In this document: one piece after another, positions 6,672-11,897 of the stretch
How the letters are laid out: the number at the start of each line of letters is the position of its first letter
How positions within the stretch are numbered: position 1 is the first letter of the stretch
Assembly: GCA_013416795.1 (NCBI GenBank)
Contig: RQSC01001240.1
Span: forward strand, 116,132 to 128,028
Direction: 5' to 3'
Origin: Prasinococcaceae sp. CCMP 1430
Lineage: Eukaryota; Plantae; Prasinodermophyta
Length of the DNA: 11,897 nucleotides
Program-made: the position numbers and the translations under genes
The notes under the pieces: generated by a model
The model's input: the letters and a program-made list of their open reading frames with translations, nothing else
Told to the model about the DNA's origin: nothing
Databases searched by the model: none

Positions 6672-9600
6672 TCAATCAAACCACCTGCTGAGACCACCGC
6701 CGCCGCCGGCGCCGCCCCCGCTGCCGGCCTTGCCCGCATCCCCGCCTGCGAATGACTTCTTGTACCTAGCCACCATGTCGTCCAGCCCATCGCGCTGCTC
6801 CTTCTTGGACTTGCGGGTCTTCTTTGCTGGCTTCGCGGATGCCGTTGGCGCGGCCGCCCGAGGGCCCGCCTCAGCTACAGCAGCGGCCGCTTTGGGCGCA
6901 TCGCGCTTGCGCTTGCCGCCCTTCGCCCGAGCTCCGGCTGTCGCCACGCCTGCCGCACCCTCGCTCCCGCCTGTGCCATTGGCAGCCGTCTTGTCGCCAC
7001 CGCGTTGCGCCTTCGCCTTGTCACGCACCCCCTCCTGCGGCGCGCTCTGCTGAGGCCTGCCGCCAGTCTTGCCCTTCTGCTTCGGGGCCGCCTTGGCGCG
7101 CTTCGCCGGCGGCGCCCCCTCGTCGCGGCGGCCGCTGCCGCCGCCCCCCTCCTGCGTCGTCGGGTTGGGCGCACCCTCGCCCGTGCCGCCGGCAGCACTC
7201 GGCGAGCCCTCGGCGCCCTTGGCGGCCCCCCCGGCAGCCTCCGCCTCCGCGCGGCGCGCGCGCTTGGCCTCGCGTTGGCGCTTTCCGCGGCCCACGCGCG
7301 GCTCTTTGGGCTCCCGACCAGCGCCTTGGGTCCCGTCCTTCATTTCGCGCGCCTTGTCACCCTCGCGCTTCTCGCGCGCCATGCGCCCGGCGCGTTTGCG
7401 CAGCATGCGCACGTCCTCGATGGCGAACTCAACGATCGGGCGGCGCTCGGCAGTGAAGCCCTTGACCTTGGGGTTGTTGTTGAGGTGTCGCAGGCACGCG
7501 AGTGCGTGCTCGTGCTCACCAAACTCCACAAACCCCGCCCCTCGGCTCCGGGGCTTGCCGTCCTTGCCGTTGCGCTCGCTGTCCACCAGCACTTTGGCCT
7601 GCTTGATTGCGGGCTTGGCGCCCGATGAGCGCGCCTTGACAGCCTCGAGCGCCAGCCGCTTCAGCGTCTTCTCGTCGACGCCAGCGGAGAGGTTGCGCAG
7701 CGAGAGTCGAGTGGTGCTCACGAAGAAGTTGGGTGAGCGGAGCTTCTCCTTCTTCTCCGCTGCGAAGCGACGCCGCTTGTCGGCGTCCTGCTTGGACATC
7801 TCGGCGTGCGCCGGCGAATCCTCAGGGATGGCACCCTCCGCAGCCAGGTAGAGGTTGCGCCTATCCTTCGCGTCGCCACCCTTCGACGCGTTCTTGGACC
7901 CACGCTCGGCGGCCTTGCGAGCCGCCAGCGCGGCGGCGTCCTCGCGACGCACTGCCATGTTCACGTCGCAGCGTGCGCCGGCGACGAGCAGGCCACCCAT
8001 CGCGCGCGCGTGCGCCGCGCAGCGCTTTGCGGCCTCCTCGCTTCCGAATTCGACGAAAGCGGTGCCGTTGGCCAGGCCAGTGGCCTTGTTCGTCACCAGC
8101 CGCGCGGCACCGACAGCGCCAAATTGGCGCAGCGCCTTCTTGACGTCGTCGGCGGTCGCATCCAGACTCACGCCGCGCATGAACACGGTGCGCGAGATGG
8201 CGTCGCCGCCGTCGCGGGAGCGCTGCCAGGGCGGCGGGCCGCGCTCGGATGCTCCCTGGCCATCTCCCTTGCCGCCCTTGGCTCCGACGCTGGCCTTTCC
8301 GTCGCCTCGGTCGTCCGCTTCGTTTGCCGCTGCCTCATCCTCGTCCTCGTCGGCTTCCCCATCGTCCTGCTCCTCGCCGCTGCCGCCCTCCGCCTCCTCG
8401 CCCGCCTCCTCGCCGCCAGCGTCTCCCTCCTCGGCGTGATCCTCAACCTTGCCCAGAAGGCGGTCCAGCACGCTACCCATGGCGGACTTCTCGCGCTCCA
8501 GGTCGGCCATGGCGTCGCCTCCCTCGGCAGCGGTGTCGTTGTCGTCGTCGCCATCGCCGTCGCTGTCGTCGCTGTCTGTGTCTGATGCGAGAGCCGAGTC
8601 GTCGTCCTCGTCGGAGGCATCCCCGCCGGCTCCGGCTTTCTCGGCAGTCCCCTCACCCTCGCCGGCGTCCTTGTCTTCCGCATCGCCGGCGGCCTTGAGG
8701 TACATGGCCTTGGCGACCGCCCAGTCCACAGCGACGGGCCTGCCGCAGATGGCCGCCCCGTTGACCTTCGCGATGGCGCGCTCGGCGTGGGCGCGGCAGG
8801 TGAAGCACGCGAAGGCGAAGCCGCGGCGCCGGCCGCTCGCGGCGTCTGTCGGAATGACCACGTCCCATACGAAGCCGCCCTCGCTGAGGGCGATGGCCAC
8901 GTCGGCCTCGCGAGCCGCCCACGCCAGGTTGCGCACGATCACGCGCCAGCGGCGCGCCTTGGCGCCCTCGCCGCCGAGCTGCCGCGCCCAGCGGTGCACG
9001 GGCGGCTCGTGCACGGCCTCGACGGCGGCGCGCGCGGCGGTGACGCTCTCGAACGTGGCGGTTGCGAAGTGCTCAAGCTCGCGCGGCGCGTTCTCCGCGA
9101 CGGCGTGGGCACTCAGCACGCGCTCGTCGGCCGGGCACGCCACGCGCTTGCGCTCGCAGCCGGCGAGCGCGCGGACGCGGCCCGCGAGCTCGGTGAGCGC
9201 GCCGCGCGTGCGCGCGCGCCGGACCACCGTGCGCGCGGCCGTCGGGACGTCGAGCCCCCCCGCGCGCTGCGCCACGGCGTCGGCGTCCACCTCGTCGTCG
9301 GCCTCCGCGCGCGCCGCGCCCCCTCCGCCGCGGGCGGCCTTGGCCTTGGCTGCCGCGTCGCGCTCCTCGCGCCTCTCGCGCCGCCGCTCCTTGTGCGCCA
9401 GCGCCTGCGGGTCCTCCTCGCGCGGCGTGAGCGTCCTCCGCTTGCCCTCCTCGATACGGCCGCGCTTGTTGGCCACGTCGACCGCCACGACCTTTCCGCC
9501 CACGGCGACGCTCTCTGCGAGCGCGCGCTTGGCGTCCTCTGCGAGCGCGAACTTGATGAAGCCGATGCCGCGGTGGCGGCCGGCGAACTTGTCGTCCACG

Positions 9601-9821
9601 AGGAACGCCTCGCGCACGGGCCCGACGGCCGAGAAGGCCTTCTCGAGCATGCCATGGGTCGCCTCGGGCGGCACGCCCCGCACAAAGAGCGTGGTGGCCG
9701 TCGCCGCGTCGGCGACTGTCGAGCCCGTGCCCGCGCGGCGCTTGCGCAGGCCGCGCGCGCCCCCGGCGCCGTCCGCCTCCGCCCACCCACCGCCCACGCT
9801 GTGGCACACCCCGTGCTGCAT
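6672..9821 (-). CDS. RBM28: RNA-binding protein 28 / Nop4, nucleolar multi-RRM 60S biogenesis factor (1049 aa)
   Basis: RRM1 TLFVRGVP...RGIGFIKF; plant-type degenerate RRM ending WARQLGGEG; RRM VIVRNL...RGFAFACF...GRPVAVDWAV; acidic linker; RRM TVFMRG...GTAFVEF; DRRNLYLAAEG; KLRSPNFFVSTTRLSLRNL...RGAGFVEF.EHEHAL..LR.LNNNP...RRPIVEFAIED; basic tail. ATG 9821 is the only in-frame ATG upstream of RRM1, and the N-terminal ~13 aa are uncertain. Confidence 0.96.
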   Translation of the reverse strand: MQHGVCHSVGGGWAEADGAGGARGLRKRRAGTGSTVADAATATTLFVRGVPPEATHGMLEKAFSAVGPVREAFLVDDKFAGRHRGIGFIKFALAEDAKRALAESVAVGGKVVAVDVANKRGRIEEGKRRTLTPREEDPQALAHKERRRERREERDAAAKAKAARGGGGAARAEADDEVDADAVAQRAGGLDVPTAARTVVRRARTRGALTELAGRVRALAGCERKRVACPADERVLSAHAVAENAPRELEHFATATFESVTAARAAVEAVHEPPVHRWARQLGGEGAKARRWRVIVRNLAWAAREADVAIALSEGGFVWDVVIPTDAASGRRRGFAFACFTCRAHAERAIAKVNGAAICGRPVAVDWAVAKAMYLKAAGDAEDKDAGEGEGTAEKAGAGGDASDEDDDSALASDTDSDDSDGDGDDDNDTAAEGGDAMADLEREKSAMGSVLDRLLGKVEDHAEEGDAGGEEAGEEAEGGSGEEQDDGEADEDEDEAAANEADDRGDGKASVGAKGGKGDGQGASERGPPPWQRSRDGGDAISRTVFMRGVSLDATADDVKKALRQFGAVGAARLVTNKATGLANGTAFVEFGSEEAAKRCAAHARAMGGLLVAGARCDVNMAVRREDAAALAARKAAERGSKNASKGGDAKDRRNLYLAAEGAIPEDSPAHAEMSKQDADKRRRFAAEKKEKLRSPNFFVSTTRLSLRNLSAGVDEKTLKRLALEAVKARSSGAKPAIKQAKVLVDSERNGKDGKPRSRGAGFVEFGEHEHALACLRHLNNNPKVKGFTAERRPIVEFAIEDVRMLRKRAGRMAREKREGDKAREMKDGTQGAGREPKEPRVGRGKRQREAKRARRAEAEAAGGAAKGAEGSPSAAGGTGEGAPNPTTQEGGGGSGRRDEGAPPAKRAKAAPKQKGKTGGRPQQSAPQEGVRDKAKAQRGGDKTAANGTGGSEGAAGVATAGARAKGGKRKRDAPKAAAAVAEAGPRAAAPTASAKPAKKTRKSKKEQRDGLDDMVARYKKSFAGGDAGKAGSGGGAGGGGGLSRWFD

Positions 9822-9868
9822 CCTGCGCCGCTAAATATCTGGCGCCCGCACGAACCCTCTTTTTAATA

Positions 9869-9881
9869 CCCTAAACCCTAA
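9869..9881 (+). promoter_or_regulatory. Telo-box / interstitial telomeric motif CCCTAAACCCTAA
   Basis: 13-nt match to (CCCTAAA)n, 48 nt upstream of the RBM28 ATG. Telo-boxes are established in promoters of plant ribosome-biogenesis and translation genes. Confidence 0.7.
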
Positions 9882-9940
9882 CCGTTACTGTAGTACTGTA
9901 AGCCTCGTCGCTGCACCGGCGGGGGTGCGGTAAGTACTGT

Positions 9941-10091
9941 AAGTCTCTATGAGTGGCGCGGTCAAAACCGGGCGCCCCGGCCAAGCTGCGCCGCGCTGGA
10001 ACGATTTGTAGGCGGTCGTACATCCGCCTGGCGATGCTTTCGGGGACCTCTGCACGGGCACTTACGCCGAGGAAAGTCTCTATGAGTGGCG
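9941..10091. repeat. 18-bp direct repeat AAGTCTCTATGAGTGGCG (9941-9958, 10074-10091)
   Basis: Read directly, period 133. The second copy abuts the single N at 10092. Confidence 0.9.
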
Positions 10092-10113
10092 NGGCGGGCC
10101 GGGGCGCGGCGCG

Positions 10114-11145
10114 ATGGCGTTCGGCGCGGCCGCCGTGGGCGGCGCGGGGCACAACCCGGCCAAGTCGTTCGAGGTGCCGTCACCGCCGTCGGACGGCGTG
10201 TCCTCGCTGGCGTTCAGCCCGGCGGCCAACCACCTGGTGGCCACGTCGTGGGACAACCAAGCGCGGCTGTGGGAGGTGCTGCCCACGGGCCAGTCGCAGC
10301 CCAAGGCGAGCGTCGCCGCCGAGCAGCCGCTGCTGTGCTCGGCGTGGAGCGCCGACGGCACGGCCGTCTTCCTCGGCGGGTGCGACAAGCAGGCCAAGCT
10401 GTGGAGCGTGGCCAGCGGCGCGACCACCGCGCAGGTCGTGGGGCAGCACGACGCGCCCATCTGCTCCATGGCGTGGATCGAGGAGCTCAAGCTGCTGGCG
10501 ACCGGCAGCTGGGACAAGACCGTCAAGTACTGGGACACGCGGTCGCCCACCCCCGCCCACACGCAGCAGCTGCCCGAGCGGTGCTACGCGATGGACGTGC
10601 GCCAGTCGCTCATGGTCGTGGCCACCGCCGAGCGCCACATCTGCATCATCAACCTCAAAACCCCGCAGCAGATCTACAAGACCATCCAGTCGCCCCTCAA
10701 GTACCAGACGCGCTGCGTGAGCTGCTTCCCCGACCAGACCGGCTTCCTGGTGGGATCCATCGAGGGGCGCGTGGCGGTGCACCACGTGGAGGACTCGCAG
10801 CAGGGGCGCAACTTCACCTTCAAGTGCCACCGCGACAACGCCGACGTCTACGCCGTCAACTCGATCGCCTTCCACCCGACGTACGGTACCTTCGCCACGG
10901 CCGGCGCCGACGGCGCCTTCAACTTCTGGGACAAGGACTCCAAGCAGCGCCTCAAGGCCATGCCGCGCGCCAACGCGCCCATCCCGTGCGGCACCTTCAA
11001 CCGCGACGGCAGCATCTACGCGTACGCGGTGTCGTACGACTGGTCGAAGGGCGCGCAGGGCCACCAGCCGCAGGTCGCCAAGAACCACGTGCTGCTGCAC
11101 GCCACGCAGGACTCGGAGGTCAAGAGCAGGCAAAAGAAGCGCTAG
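10114..11145 (+). CDS. RAE1: mRNA export factor Rae1/Gle2 (WD40), 343 aa, intronless
   Basis: PPSDGVSSLAFSP, ATSWDNQAR, TGSWDKTVKYWDTR, QLPERCYAMDV, SPLKYQTRCVSCFPD, GSIEGRVAV, FTFKCHR, VYAVNSIAFHPTYGTFATAGADG.F.FWDKDSKQRLK, YAVSYDWSKG. The KCHR and WDKD..QRLK motifs favour Rae1 over Bub3. Confidence 0.98.
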   Translation: MAFGAAAVGGAGHNPAKSFEVPSPPSDGVSSLAFSPAANHLVATSWDNQARLWEVLPTGQSQPKASVAAEQPLLCSAWSADGTAVFLGGCDKQAKLWSVASGATTAQVVGQHDAPICSMAWIEELKLLATGSWDKTVKYWDTRSPTPAHTQQLPERCYAMDVRQSLMVVATAERHICIINLKTPQQIYKTIQSPLKYQTRCVSCFPDQTGFLVGSIEGRVAVHHVEDSQQGRNFTFKCHRDNADVYAVNSIAFHPTYGTFATAGADGAFNFWDKDSKQRLKAMPRANAPIPCGTFNRDGSIYAYAVSYDWSKGAQGHQPQVAKNHVLLHATQDSEVKSRQKKR

Positions 11146-11219
11146 CTGCCCCCGCCGGCGCGCCCGATCTCGCCGACCGTGCCGCGTGCCGGCTCAGCCG
11201 CGCGCGGGCCGGCGGCGTT

Positions 11220-11224
11220 TGTAA
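11220..11224 (+). terminator. TGTAA polyadenylation signal of RAE1
   Basis: TTTGTAAAAATA, ~75 nt after the RAE1 stop, in the only A/T-rich patch of the 3' flank. Confidence 0.65.
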
Positions 11225-11268
11225 AAATACCGGTAGACTCGCTCGGTCGGTCGGGGCGGCGCGCGCAG

Positions 11269-11897
11269 GGCGTGCCGCCGTTCCGCGGCCGGCACCTGGA
11301 TGAGCTCTCGCCCAAGGACAAGGCATTCGTAGAGGACGTCGAGCCCCCCCGCGCGCTGCGCCACGGCGTCGGCGTCCACCTCGTCGTCGGCCTCCGCGCG
11401 CGCCGCGCCCCCTCCGCCGCGGGCGGCCTTGGCCTTGGCTGCCGCGTCGCGCTCCTCGCGCCTCTCGCGCCGCCGCTCCTTGTGCGCCAGCGCCTGCGGG
11501 TCCTCCTCGCGCGGCGTGAGCGTCCTCCGCTTGCCCTCCTCGATACGGCCGCGCTTGTTGGCCACGTCGACCGCCACGACCTTTCCGCCCACGGCGACGC
11601 TCTCTGCGAGCGCGCGCTTGGCGTCCTCTGCGAGCGCGAACTTGATGAAGCCGATGCCGCGGTGGCGGCCGGCGAACTTGTCGTCCACGAGGAACGCCTC
11701 GCGCACGGGCCCGACGGCCGAGAAGGCCTTCTCGAGCATGCCATGGGTCGCCTCGGGCGGCACGCCCCGCACAAAGAGCGTGGTGGCCGTCGCCGCGTCG
11801 GCGACTGTCGAGCCCGTGCCCGCGCGGCGCTTGCGCAGGCCGCGCGCGCCCCCGGCGCCGTCCGCCTCCGCCAACCGAGATGCCGACCCTCGCGCCA
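11269..11897 (+). other. Possible coding or leader segment of a downstream plus-strand gene, interrupted by the RBM28 duplicate
   Basis: Joining 11269-11333 to 11873-11897 reads in frame GVPPFRGRHLDELSPKDKAFVETEMPTLAP (25/30 codons end in G/C). ATG at 11880 and a CAG| acceptor-like site at 11268. Confidence 0.35.
11334..11872 (-). repeat. Exact 539-bp same-orientation duplicate of RBM28 9245-9783 (RRM1 plus linker); gene fragment
   Basis: Line-by-line comparison shows no mismatch over 539 nt at offset 2089; the flanks diverge at 11333 and 11873. No ATG start (the ORF track used TTG). Confidence 0.95.

Noticed and set aside
6824-9866. Long plus-strand and off-frame ORFs overlapping RBM28 (e.g. 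8449-9834, 8787-9866, 7069-7851)
   Set aside because: Ala/Arg/Ser/Pro-rich shadows expected at this GC opposite a real gene; no recognisable motifs.
9929-9936. TACTTACC on the minus strand, like the U1 snRNA 5' end
   Set aside because: No U1 stem-loops or Sm site follow; it is simply the complement of a GGTAAGTA donor-like word.
10069-10078. GAGGAAAGTC resembling the RNase P/MRP P4 (CR-I) strand
   Set aside because: No complementary CR-V strand downstream, and RAE1 coding sequence starts 36 nt later.

Overview
Very GC-rich (roughly 70-75% by eye), compact, intron-poor eukaryotic DNA from a green-lineage alga, probably prasinophyte/chlorophyte grade. Support: an orthologue of a plant plastid pfkB kinase, a plant-type RBM28, a spliceosomal intron, TGTAA poly(A) signals and a TTTAGGG-type telo-box. 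It is a draft scaffold with a 911-N gap (4444-5354) and single Ns at 2607 and 10092. Six protein-coding genes are supported: a pfkB kinase (+, 5'-partial, one intron), an orphan protein (-), a stand-alone type II thioesterase (-), a Tudor-like putative chromatin protein (+, 5' end in the gap), RBM28/NOP4 (-) and RAE1 (+). RBM28 and RAE1 are head-to-head. The most unusual structure is an exact 539-bp copy of the RBM28 5' coding region (RRM1) just after RAE1; removing it restores a continuous, coding-like plus-strand frame. Other oddities are an AT-richer island with a perfect 54-bp direct repeat, hairpins and a T6 tract (small-RNA candidate), and a motif-dense 292-bp divergent promoter. Assembly artefact cannot be excluded for any of the exact duplications. 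Most long ORFs in the supplied track are antisense or off-frame shadows caused by the high GC content.
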